Below are positions 1 to 10,240 of a stretch of 64,000 nucleotides of DNA, piece after piece (within the stretch, counting starts at the first letter, position 1; the number at the start of each line of letters is the position of its first letter). Made by a program: the position numbers and the translations under genes. This DNA comes from Callorhinchus milii. Taxonomy: Eukaryota. Below the pieces are notes generated by a model. The model was not told the origin of the DNA, made no database searches, and worked only from the letters and a program-made list of their open reading frames with translations. Where the stretch lies: assembly GCF_018977255.1 (NCBI RefSeq), contig NW_024704742.1, positions 20,028,001 through 20,092,000 of the forward strand, in the 5' to 3' direction.

Positions 1-261
1 CTTACCGTAAAGTGCAGTGATTGTGTATTTTGTCGGCAAAGTATTTTGAAGCAGAACTAAGGATGGAAGTGGCTTGGGAGGAAGATTTGTGGTTGGAGGG
101 GCAGTTGATGGTAGGAAAACATTTAAGGTTTCCTTGCCCTCCAAGCTGATCATGGGGTAGGAGGATTTGACTGTGGGAAGGAAGGGATTATTACTCTTTG
201 ATCGGATCTTTTTACTCATTCTCTGAATATACAATGATACCTTGGATATGCCAGAAGAGGG

Positions 262-540
262 CAACAACAACAACAACAACAACTTGCATTTTATATAGCG
301 TCCCTCATGCAGGGTATCGTCCCAGAGCGCTTGACAGTGGCCAAGCATGACGTCGAACCGGGACGAGGAGTAGGTGACCGTAGGCACGGTTGAAGAGGAA
401 GGTCTTCGGGCACGACCTGAAAATGGAGAAGGAAGGGGCAAGGTGGGGGGATAGAGGAAGAGTGTTCCAGAGTTTCAGGGCGTAGTGGCTGAAAGCAAGA
501 TGGTGGAATAGAGGGACATGCAGGAGGCAGGAGCCCAGAG
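262..540 (-). mobile_element. L2 LINE 3' fragment, (TTG)n tail
   Basis: (CAA)n tail followed by cttgcattttatatagcgtccc; body resembles the L2 3' ends at 18318 and 44275. Confidence 0.8.
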
Positions 541-1244
541 GAAAATGTACATGGAGTCTCCTAAGATTGAGGAGAGATATCAGCTTTCAGTGAATTGAGG
601 GAGGTTCTTCATTTGGCAATGTATCAATTGACCTCATTAAATTTCTGCAGCAAATTTTGCCGAAGCTTTTCACGGAATTGAATTAGGTTAATTGATTCCG
701 CACAAACCAATACACAAAACAGCAATCCTCTATAAACATGCACATTATTAATTAAACACTGCAAAATTCCACACTTAGCAGAGTCTGCGGAGAAAATGAA
801 ACAAAAATCCACTTCATCTTTTAAAAGAGGCCACAAGATCACCAGAGGGACAACACAATGATGTGAAACTGGTGCACCACACAATCACTTCTCAGTCCAT
901 TTAGTTTCATATGTAAAGGATGCAAAAACCCCTGGGAGATTCTGAAACACTGAATTCACTAAACGGGATGTTTGCTGAGTATTGTCACTGTACATTTACC
1001 TGCGGGAATTTCTGGCTTACAAACTTGAAGAGACGGGAGCTCTCTGGACTATCCAGTGAAGTGATACGCAATCTGACCCTGACCTTTTCAATATCAGAAC
1101 GAGCAGTACAATCTCTGTTGATAGTACTGTGTACGTCCTCTGTAATGTAGGTGTCGCTATATTGAAAGTCTTTTATTACTGATAACAACTTAAACATCAC
1201 TCTTGGCTTGCGTTGAAAGAGAGCTTGGATTAGCAGTATTAAAC

Positions 1245-1490
1245 TTACTCCCATGGCACTATTCAAAAAAGAGAAGGGAGATTCTCAGTGTCCTGGCCAA
1301 CAATCCCCCAAATAAAATTGGATCTTCAATCCTTGGCTGTTTGTGGGGATATTTCTATATGCAAATTGGCTGCCACTTCCACCCACATGACACAGTTACT
1401 TCACTTTGCAATATACCCCGTGAAGCACTTTGGGACGTCATCCTGACGTGAAAGATGCCATATTAAATACAAGGAATATTACTATTATTT
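1245..1490 (+). mobile_element. DeuSINE (SacSINE1-like) 3' part
   Basis: cccatggcactattc...gtgtcctggccaac...ctgtttgtggg...caaattggctgcc Deu-domain motifs plus L2-like tail. Confidence 0.75.
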
Positions 1491-2034
1491 ATTACCATCC
1501 TACAGTTGAGACTCAAGGTGACCCAAGTCCCAGCTCGGGAGAATGTTAAAGATCCTATAGCACTAATTAAACAGAGAAGGGAGTTTTCCCAGATGTCCTA
1601 GCCAACAATCCTCCAGATAAATTATCATTCACTTCATTGCTGTTTGTAATTCCTTGCTATGTGCAAATTAGCTGCTGTATTTTTCTGCCCACAAATGTTA
1701 CAGGTTAAAATAATTACAGCGAGAAGGAAAGGAATATCAAAGGTCCCATGGTTAAATGGAGTTGAGAACAAAATTTAAGTTTAAAATAGATATGACAGTG
1801 CATAAAATAATTTTGAGGAATAGAAAAGATTTAGAGGGGAAACGAAACAAAGGAACTCAGACTATCGTTCTGTTGTACATGAACAGCTGAGTATTGTGCT
1901 TAGCAGAATATTTGATCCCTTATGTAGCGATGACCATAACCATATGCAATATTCAAGGTGGAGTCTGACCAGAGAACTGTTCAGCAACAACTCGAATTTA
2001 TAATAATATTTATGATAACTTGTATTTATAATAT

Positions 2035-2385
2035 CAACCAGTTGATAGCACTCCTGCCTCTTAGTCAGAAGGTTGTGGGTTCAAGCCTCATGTTGGGTCT
2101 TGGAACTCATTTAGTCTATGCTGACACTCCAATGCAGTGCTGGGGATGTGCCTTATTGTTCACTGTATTGCTTTTGGGGTGAGATGGTAACAATCCCATG
2201 GTGCTATTTAAAATCAGAAGAGAGTTTCTCTTGCTATCCTGGCCAACAATCGCTCAAATAAAATTGGTCACTCACTTCATGGCTGTTTGTGGGACATTGA
2301 TGTGTGAAAATTAGCTGCTATGTTCATCCACAAATTACACAGTCATTACACTTTACAGTGTAATGTGAAGCATTCGGGAATTACA
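2035..2385 (+). mobile_element. DeuSINE (SacSINE1-like), degenerate
   Basis: tRNA-like head (cagttgatagcact...ggttgtgggttcaagc), gctgacactcc, Deu-domain 3' motifs. Confidence 0.75.
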
Positions 2386-2462
2386 ACTTGCATTTATTGT
2401 GCGTCCTTCACCTAGGGTAATGCCTTGGATCGTTCAGTTAGCTAAGCTGGTAAGTAATTAGG

Positions 2463-3040
2463 AAATGCAAAATACTGCAAATACTGGAAATCTGAAAACG
2501 AAAACAGAAGTCGTTGGGAACACTCAGCAGCTCAGGCCTGCTGAGTGTCCCCAGCGACTTTTGTTTTTGTTTTCAGATTAACAGCATCTGCAGTATTTTG
2601 CATTTTGTTTATATTTAATTCACTACTACTTCTCTTCTAGGAATGCCTTCCTTGAAGAAGTTCTGCTCTTCTCTTTGATGTGTCGTTTGTGCTTCCCTTT
2701 TACCCTGCTCTCCTTGTTTGCTATGTGTTTCACTTCTTGTGTTTGATGATGTGCTCACTAAAACCCGCTTTCACAGCCACATCTCTTTCCTCAGTAACTG
2801 TCTTAATTGGTTTGCATCATTAACTCCTCTTTAACCCATCATCCCTTGTCCTCTACCCCATTTTCTCCTTTGCCTTCCTTGCCCTACCTCCCCCCTCTCT
2901 GTTAGCCCTTAAAAGCCTCTCCCTCCCAACATACTCCAGTTCTGATGAAGGATCGTGAACCCAAAACATTGACTCACTTTCCTTTCTCCATAGATGCTGC
3001 CTGATCTGCTGAGTGTCCCCAGCGATCTCTGTTTTTGTTT
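2463..3040 (+). mobile_element. Penelope-like element terminal remnant (inverted plus direct terminal repeats)
   Basis: Inverted repeat 2463-2530/2538-2605; ctgctgagtgtccccagcga repeated directly at ~3007; ctgatga...aaac hammerhead-like core at 2942. Confidence 0.7.
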
Positions 3041-3234
3041 TAGGCAATTAGGACGTGTGTCTCTGAGGGAGAGAGTGTACATTCCATTTCGGATACAGAG
3101 AAATTTCTACACGTTGGTGGGCTATACATGTGGAATTTTCAGTCTGGTTTACTGTAGAGGAGGGTGATGAGTTTCCACATCTGCCATCAATGTACTGCTT
3201 CCTCACCCGCACGATTGATGTCTGTAATTCTAAA

Positions 3235-3248
3235 CCACCAGGTGGCAA
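3235..3248 (+). promoter_or_regulatory. candidate CTCF core motif
   Basis: ccaccaggtggcaa matches CCASYAGRKGGCRS at 13 of 14 positions. Confidence 0.4.
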
Positions 3249-3764
3249 TGTACTTCTACAAATAGCCACCAGGTGATACTGTCTCTGGTCCATCGAATGG
3301 TGCAATGGCCTCGTGGCTGTAGTTCTTTCTAACAATATAAATTCTTGCTTTTAGTGTAGAGCCTTATCGCGTGGAAACATTTCAAAGTATTTTGCTGAAT
3401 TTTATTGTAAAGTGCAGTGATTGTGTAGGCGTACATGAATAAAGCATCCAATTTGTACACAGCAAAAAAACATTTGCATTTATAGAGAACCCTCCACACA
3501 GGATGGCATCGAGGAATGCTGCACAGTGGTGGGGTTAACAGCAATTACAGAACAATGTCCCATAAACAGCCATGAAGTGAATGATCAATTTATCTGGCTG
3601 GCACATCGGGAGGAAGTGGATGGTGTCAGACTAGACTATGAGCTTAAAGTCCAATTCAATGGTAACATTGCTCCTGAGCCAGGCTGACAATCTCAATTAC
3701 AGAACAAATGTTCACTTTTGGTATTTTAGTTTCTTCAGCGGCAATTTAGAAAATTAAATCCCAG

Positions 3765-3935
3765 ATTTTGTTTTGGTGGGGGCGAGGGGAGGAGGGGGGG
3801 TGGGGCGCCGACCCATGCGGAAGACCATCACTGTGCTTAAGAGTATCCAAACCAAGTTGAGATTTCCACACACATGGAAATTCCAGGGATAGATTGTTGG
3901 AATGGAATGCGCTCTCTCTCCCCGGAGGGTGAGCA
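3765..3935 (-). mobile_element. unclassified poly(A) retroposon (here 'family X'), 3' fragment
   Basis: Aligns by eye with 29166-29445 and 63270-63450. Confidence 0.65.
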
Positions 3936-3989
3936 AGTAGGTGTGGCTTCAATATGTGTCTTATCTTCTTGCTGGTTTAATGTGACTGA

Positions 3990-4270
3990 CTGGAAAACTC
4001 TCAGTGCAGACTTTTAAGCATGGAGATGGGTCTCCACGTGAGTCAGACACTCCATTGACCCAAAACAAATTGGAAGAACTCCACCGTGTGGGAGAGGAAG
4101 GATTATAGCACCTACGTGTGGAAATAAAGGGGACTACACCAAGACAGACATCACAGAAAGAAACCTCGTGGCAGCAAATCTGCATTACAATATAGAAACT
4201 TTGCAATCTTGAGGTGGATAACAAAAACTTTATCAGAACAAAATTGGGCCATCTGGTGTCTGAACAAAAG
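3990..4270 (+). mobile_element. possible highly decayed RTE-clade LINE 3' remnant
   Basis: Frameshifted resemblance to the RTE C-terminal 'IDP..WEELA..R..WR' region; weak. Confidence 0.25.
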
Positions 4271-4334
4271 CGTTAAAGTGCACAGATTACAGGTATTACA
4301 GCTGCATAACCCACACCTGACTGAAGCATTGCCT

Positions 4335-4665
4335 GGAGTCCTGTAGCTCAGTGGTTAGAGCACTCACCTCTCAAACGAGAGACCTGGGTTTGATTCCCGG
4401 CAGGATGAAACCTTGGGCAAGTTTCCTTACTCCACATGCCTAATAATAATCCCTCAAGAAATAAAACAATAATAAATTGGTCACTTCAATCCACGATTGT
4501 TTGTGGGACATTGCTGTGCGCAATTGGCTGCCACGTCACTTTACAGTATATTCTGTGAAGTGATTTGAGATGTCTAGAAGACGTGAAAAGCGCTATATCA
4601 AATGCAAGGGTTATTATTTATTCTTCTTATTATTTATTATTATATTATTTAATTATTATTATTAT
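4335..4665 (+). mobile_element. tRNA-Ala-derived SINE, short subfamily
   Basis: A box gtagctcagtgg, B box ggtttgattcc, Deu-like block, (ATT)n tail. Confidence 0.9.
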
Positions 4666-4879
4666 CTTTGGCTGAACAGTTTCGCCCACAAAATATACAG
4701 TCAATTCACATTACAGTATATTCTGTGATGCACTGCAAGCTAATCTGAACAGATGAGTTGAAAGCAATAATATGTCACTTAATGTTGCAAAGTGCAGTGT
4801 AAATCACTTCAGACATCAGTCATCAGAAACTCCAGTTTGATCACCTTAAATAAAGGTTCCTCAGGTCAATTGATCATGA

Positions 4880-5400
4880 TAGAGACTTAGGGGTGATCAT
4901 TGATCATACTCTTAAGTCTCAACAGCAGTGTCAGACACCTGTTGCCAAAACCAAAATTTTTCCTGATACAAAACTAATACAATACAGAAAGCTGATAAAA
5001 AAAAACTTCACTTCCCGTATCCTCACCCTCACCAAACTCTGCAAGCCTATCACCCCAATCCTCGGCATGCTGTACTGTCTCCGAATGGATTGATTTCACA
5101 TACAAATCCCTTCGCCCCTAGCACTTGACTTGCATGTAAAGCCACTCCTTCAGCCTCTAGAGAGTTTGTCTTGACGCTATACTGCCCTCTGGTACAGCTC
5201 CTCCTCTGGCTCCAAGTCTGGGTGCTTTACCTGGTGAAATATATAGAGACACTGGAGAAGGTGCAGACAAGGTCAATTGAGCTAATTTAATCTTTTAATA
5301 ACAACCCCTTAAAAGGCTTGAGGAACTTGGCTTGTTTACATTGGAGCAGAGGAGATTGAGGATAATCTTGTTGAAATCTACAAAATCCTACAAGGAATTA
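4880..5400 (+). mobile_element. decayed CR1 fragments with a nested insert
   Basis: RDLGVIID-like and LEKVQ...L...RRLR...L.E.YKIL-like CR1 ORF2 C-terminal motifs. Confidence 0.55.
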
Positions 5401-6284
5401 ACAATCCAGTATCTGACAATAATATTATGTCAATCTTCACAGTCACATGCTCTAGAAGTTGTTTTTTTTCCCTCCTTTGTGTCTATGTGCTATGGTGAAA
5501 TAATTCTTTAGTTTGCTTGGTTTCATCTGACTTTTGTCTTGTTCATGTTTCACAATGAGAGAGTGCGCACAAAGGTGTTTGAGAAGGGACACTTTTAATC
5601 AAGGAAGGATTAACCTTTGAAGGTCCACAAATAACTGAAGCATCCTTGTTGCCAGCAAAGAATCAAATTTGTCAAATAAACACGTTTTCAGAACAACTTC
5701 TTCCCTTAATCTCCATACTGTGAAGCCGGCATATTCAGCTAAAGCTCAAATAAAGCTCCGCACTGGAGACATTTCCTTCAGTATTCTGCACTTACTCTTG
5801 AAAAGACACGAACAGAGCGAAACTGGGTGGCCCCCGTAGAATGAACGTATTAGAACACATATAACATTTAAAACAGTAATCTTATATTCTCCATCCTCAG
5901 GAGGCTCTGCTCAGTGGGAAAGGGAAGAAGCAATGACAATAAAATTAATTAATTTATATGAATAATAATAAATAATTCTTGCATTTGATACAGCGCCTTT
6001 CGCATTGGGAGGATGTCAGTGTTTCACAGGATTCACTCTAGGGTGTAGTGACTGTATTTTGTAGATGTCAGGCTACAAAAGGAGCTTGGGAGAGGGTCGG
6101 TAGGGGAATTGAGAGAACAACTACTGTCTTTAACACTTTGAGGTTTTTAAATACCTTTTTTTAACACTTCCTGCAATTTTAAAATTGACGCCATCAGCTT
6201 CCAATCACTCATCAAAATCACTATTGCTCGTGTGAGAGTTCAGACAGTGACCGTGGGTAGGCCGTCCAACATGACAGCAACGCA

Positions 6285-6666
6285 ATGTCCAACACCACAG
6301 CCCCACTGTGTCCAACACCACAGCCCCACTGTATCCAACACCACAGCCACACTGTGTCCAACACCACAGCCCCACTGTGTCCAACACCACAGCCCCACTG
6401 TGTCCGACACACAGCCCCACTGTGTCCAACACACAGCCCCACTGTGTCCGACACCACAGCCCCACTGTGTCCGACACCACAGCCCCACTGTGTCCGACAC
6501 CACAGCCCCACTGTGTCCGACACCACAGCCCCACTGTGTCCGACACCACAGCCCCACTGTGTCCGACACCACAGCCCCACTGTGTCCGACACCACAGCCC
6601 CACTGTGTCTGACACACAGCCCCACTGTGTCGAACACCACAGCCCCACTATGTCCAACACCACAGC
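6285..6666. repeat. 23-bp minisatellite, ~16-17 units (tgtccRacaccacagccccactg)
   Basis: Direct tandem units visible, with a few 22-bp variants; explains the overlapping repetitive ORFs. Confidence 0.97.
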
Positions 6667-7497
6667 CGAGTGTGATCATGTCCTGACCTGATGTCATACA
6701 TGTGCTCTTTGAGCAGAACCATAGAAACCACAGAAATTTATAGCACAGAAGATTCGGCCTATCATGTCGATGCTCTTTTAAGAGCAATCGTTTCAGTAGC
6801 TGCTCTTTCCCTGTACCCCCGCAGGTACTGGAACTAAATACCTCCTTATGTAGGTATTTAGTTCCTAAAATCACAAAATAGTGATCTGGAGCAGGAATCC
6901 TTGGCTGACCTTTCCCGCCCAACACCAGGATTTTTACCGTGTAATTTGTGGGCTTTATGTGCAATCTTTTTAAAAAAATTATGATTATTATTGCACATTT
7001 GTGACTGCATCGATGCTCAGACAAAGCAAAAGGTAGCCCAGTTTCCCTCCAGTTTCTAAGAGGCATATGTGAAGTCATAGCCGAGGCATATGTGTTTCTA
7101 AGAGGCATATGGGAAGTTAAGTGCTTAACTATGTACCACTTTGTAAAGTGAACAAATCAAGTTCACACACAGCTGTAGGCACCGGCAGTGAAATGTACAA
7201 TCTCATACATTCCGTACTGAGCAACGGTCTCTGTAGTGTCTGTGGCCGACCACTCGTGACAGTATTCAGTTGATGAGTGGGCAGCATCCGTGAGCAGTGA
7301 ATAATGTACTAAGTGGAAGTTATAATGATAACAAGTTGTCCTCGGGGTTTGCTGATCTTTACTCTCCCTTGCGCTGCTCATGCACTCGTCGTGTGTATTT
7401 GACTGTGGAGACTGTACCTATTATTTGATTATCTGATTGTTGAGCAGGAAGGTCCCATTCTGTCACTCAGCGAGCATCCCACAGTCAGGATGGGATA

Positions 7498-7840
7498 ACA
7501 ACAATAATAATAATAATAATAATAATGATTGAGACATCTCAAAGCACTTCACAGAATCTACTGTGAAGTGAATTAATTCTATATTTTGTGGACAAAACGC
7601 GGCAACCAATTGCACACGGCAGTGTCCCACAAACAATCGTCGATTGAGTGACTATATATATATATTTTGAAGGGATTATTATCCCCGGAAAGCGATCCAT
7701 CAATCGACTAACAACCGGGTTCCTATTTACTGCTGGGTAAACAGAGACGTGTGGAGCAAGAAAAGTTTTGCTCTGCTGGGAATCAAACCGGGGTCTTCTC
7801 ATTTGCGAGCCGAGTGGGCTAACCAATACACTACAGGACT
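7498..7840 (-). mobile_element. tRNA-Ala-derived SINE, long subfamily
   Basis: Reverse complement of the SINE head, CORE-like block and tail. Confidence 0.88.
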
Positions 7841-7963
7841 TAATACTAAACTTTTCTAGTTTATTTTAAAATTCAACATTGTTTTAATGTAGAACATTTG
7901 AAATCCGAGTAGGTTTTATTTTTTTCCTGCAATGTTTTAACATTTAACACTGCACTTCACTGT

Positions 7964-8266
7964 GAATCTTGTAGCTTAGTGGTTAGAGCACTCGCTTTGC
8001 AAGTGAGAGACCTGAGTTCAATTCCAGGCAGAGGGCGAAACATTGGGCAAGTTTCCTTACTCCACACACCTAATAATAATCCCTCCAAAAAAACAAAACA
8101 ATAATGAATTGGTCATCTTCAATCTACGACTGTTTGTGGGACATTGCTGTGCGCAATTGGCTGCCACGTTCGCCCACAAATATACAGTCAATTCACTTTA
8201 CAGTGTGTTCTGTGAAGCGCTTTGGGACGTCCTCCCGACGTGAAAAGCGCTATATCAAATGTAAGG

Positions 8267-8322
<56 letters not shown>
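7964..8322 (+). mobile_element. tRNA-Ala-derived SINE, short subfamily, with long (TTA)n tail
   Basis: Full head (ctcgc-tttgcaa-gtgag anticodon arm), body and ~18 ATT repeats. Confidence 0.93.
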
Positions 8323-8323
<1 letters not shown>

Positions 8324-8609
8324 ATCCTGTGAGCTCTTTAAGACCACCTCCCAATGTGAAAGGCTCTATATCAGATATAAGGATTGTTATTATCATTCCT
8401 TTAATGTGATTGCTGAAGTGTGATGAAAGTAAACAACAAACATTTACCTGATCTTAATTGATATAACATGTTTTTAGCTTTGTATTTATAATACTGGCTA
8501 CATGTAAGAGGTATGTTTGCGCTGTTCTGTTGTGGTGACAGAAGCACAAGTGCATGGTAAAGGTATTTGAGGAATTTAGCCGTTGTTATGTGTGGGAGGG
8601 AAGTTGGCT

Positions 8610-8840
8610 GCATTGTTGGAGGTGTTGTCCTTCAGATGAGATGTGAAACTAAGGTCCTGTCTGCCTGTGAATGCTAAAGATTCTGTGGCACTTTTCAAAA
8701 AGAGCTTCTCCCAGTGTCCTGGCCAACCCTATCCCTAACCCTCCAGATAACATTATTCATTCCATGGCTGTTTATGGGACATTGCTGTAGGGAAATTGGT
8801 CCTGGGTTGCCCCAAAAAGACACAGTTGCTGCACTTTCTT
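8610..8840 (+). mobile_element. DeuSINE fragment
   Basis: gttggaggtgttgtccttcagatgagatg...gtgtcctggccaac Deu motifs. Confidence 0.7.
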
Positions 8841-9751
8841 ATATTGCATTCTTACACAGTTCTTACATCAATTCCTGTTTCAATAGTTAAACACAAGCAA
8901 TCTTTATTACTAACCAATACCTGTCACTTGCTGTATGTTATATAACAATAAAAAAGTGGTTTTCTGTGAACCTAGATCGAGATACAGCTCCAAGTATTAA
9001 TTCCTTGTATTGTTCAGCGTAACTATGTTCTAATATGTCATATTATTGGACGACAAGTTTGGACTGGCTGAGACTGTTGAGAGTTCTTCTGACACAGAGC
9101 ACACCAAATGTCAAACTCACTAGTTAGGGATGAGGAACAGGAAAACTGACTTGTTTACTTTCCAAACCTGGGGAGGCTTTAGAATAACTAAAGCGGAAAC
9201 CACACGTATGTGGAACTCTCAGCAATTTTGTCTTGAAACTCTTAAGTATGGTAATGGGTTTCTATATGTATCACATACCCAGCATTTAAATTCCTTTACT
9301 CTATGCCCCTAATGTGGGTTGTCCTCTTCACATGATAAGGCACCATACCAAATATAAGGATTATTATTAGTAGTATTAGTATTACTATTATTATCCTGTT
9401 CCCCTTTCCCGATCCTTCTTCTATACCACTCTATTCGCTTTTCCATCATATGTGCAATTGCGCAGTAGGATATGGAAAATAAGTTTCATAACTGTGATGA
9501 TTATGAAATGTCACGTTTTTCCTTTCCCATTTCTAAAGGCTGTTTGCAGAGGTGAACACTATTCCTCCAACTATTTCTGATTTTTCACTGTTGCTTAACA
9601 GGTTATGAGTTTCTGAACCTGATCTCTGTCATCAGGAGAAAACCTTTAGCTCAGAGTGGTAGGGAGAGAATGACTGGTGTCAGAAATTAGAGAAAGAACT
9701 TCCTTAACTGAGGAGAAACATAAGGGGTATGATACTTAAATATCACGTCAT

Positions 9752-10128
9752 ATAATAATATAAATAATAATCCTTGCATTTGATATAGCAACTTAGCATA
9801 TCTTCTAAACATCTCAAAGCGCTTCATAGAATATACTGTAAAGTGAATTGACTGTATATTTTGTGGGCGAAAAGCGACAGCCAGTTGTGCACAGCAGTGT
9901 CCCACAAACAATCGTGGATTGTGATCAAATTATTATTATTATTTTTTGAAGGAATTATTACCCCTGGAAAAGCGATCCACCAATCGACTAACAACCGTGT
10001 TCCTACTTTCTACTAGGAAAACACAGGCGTGTGGAGTAAGGAAACTTGCCCAACGTTTCACCCTGCCAGGAATCGAACACAGGTCTCTCGCTTGCGAGGA
10101 GAGTGCTCTAACCACTGAGCTACAGGAC
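9752..10128 (-). mobile_element. tRNA-Ala-derived SINE, long subfamily, full length
   Basis: Head, CORE-like block, Deu-like block and (ATT)n tail. Confidence 0.92.
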
Positions 10129-10209
10129 GCTGCTTTCATCTCCAGTAAGATAATGAAGCTACTTTTAAAATAGACACCTGTTGGACTCGAGACCACTGAA
10201 GGGGAATGA

Positions 10210-10240
10210 TGCAGAAACACTATCTGCCGGTAGATGGCGA
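10210..10240 (+). promoter_or_regulatory. candidate CTCF site with upstream motif
   Basis: Core ccggtagatggcga (10227-10240) with TGCAG starting 17 nt upstream (10210). Confidence 0.55.

Noticed and set aside
5181..5198. Minus-strand CTCF motif
   Set aside because: Lacks the 5' CC of the core and lies in TE debris
6285..6666. CRISPR-like array or array of RAG heptamers (CACAGTG on the minus strand every 23 nt)
   Set aside because: Units are contiguous with no unique spacers and no cas genes; there is no ACAAAAACC-like nonamer at 12 or 23 nt and no V/J segments nearby
6205..7108. Overlapping 125-295 aa ORFs
   Set aside because: Stop-free translations of the minisatellite
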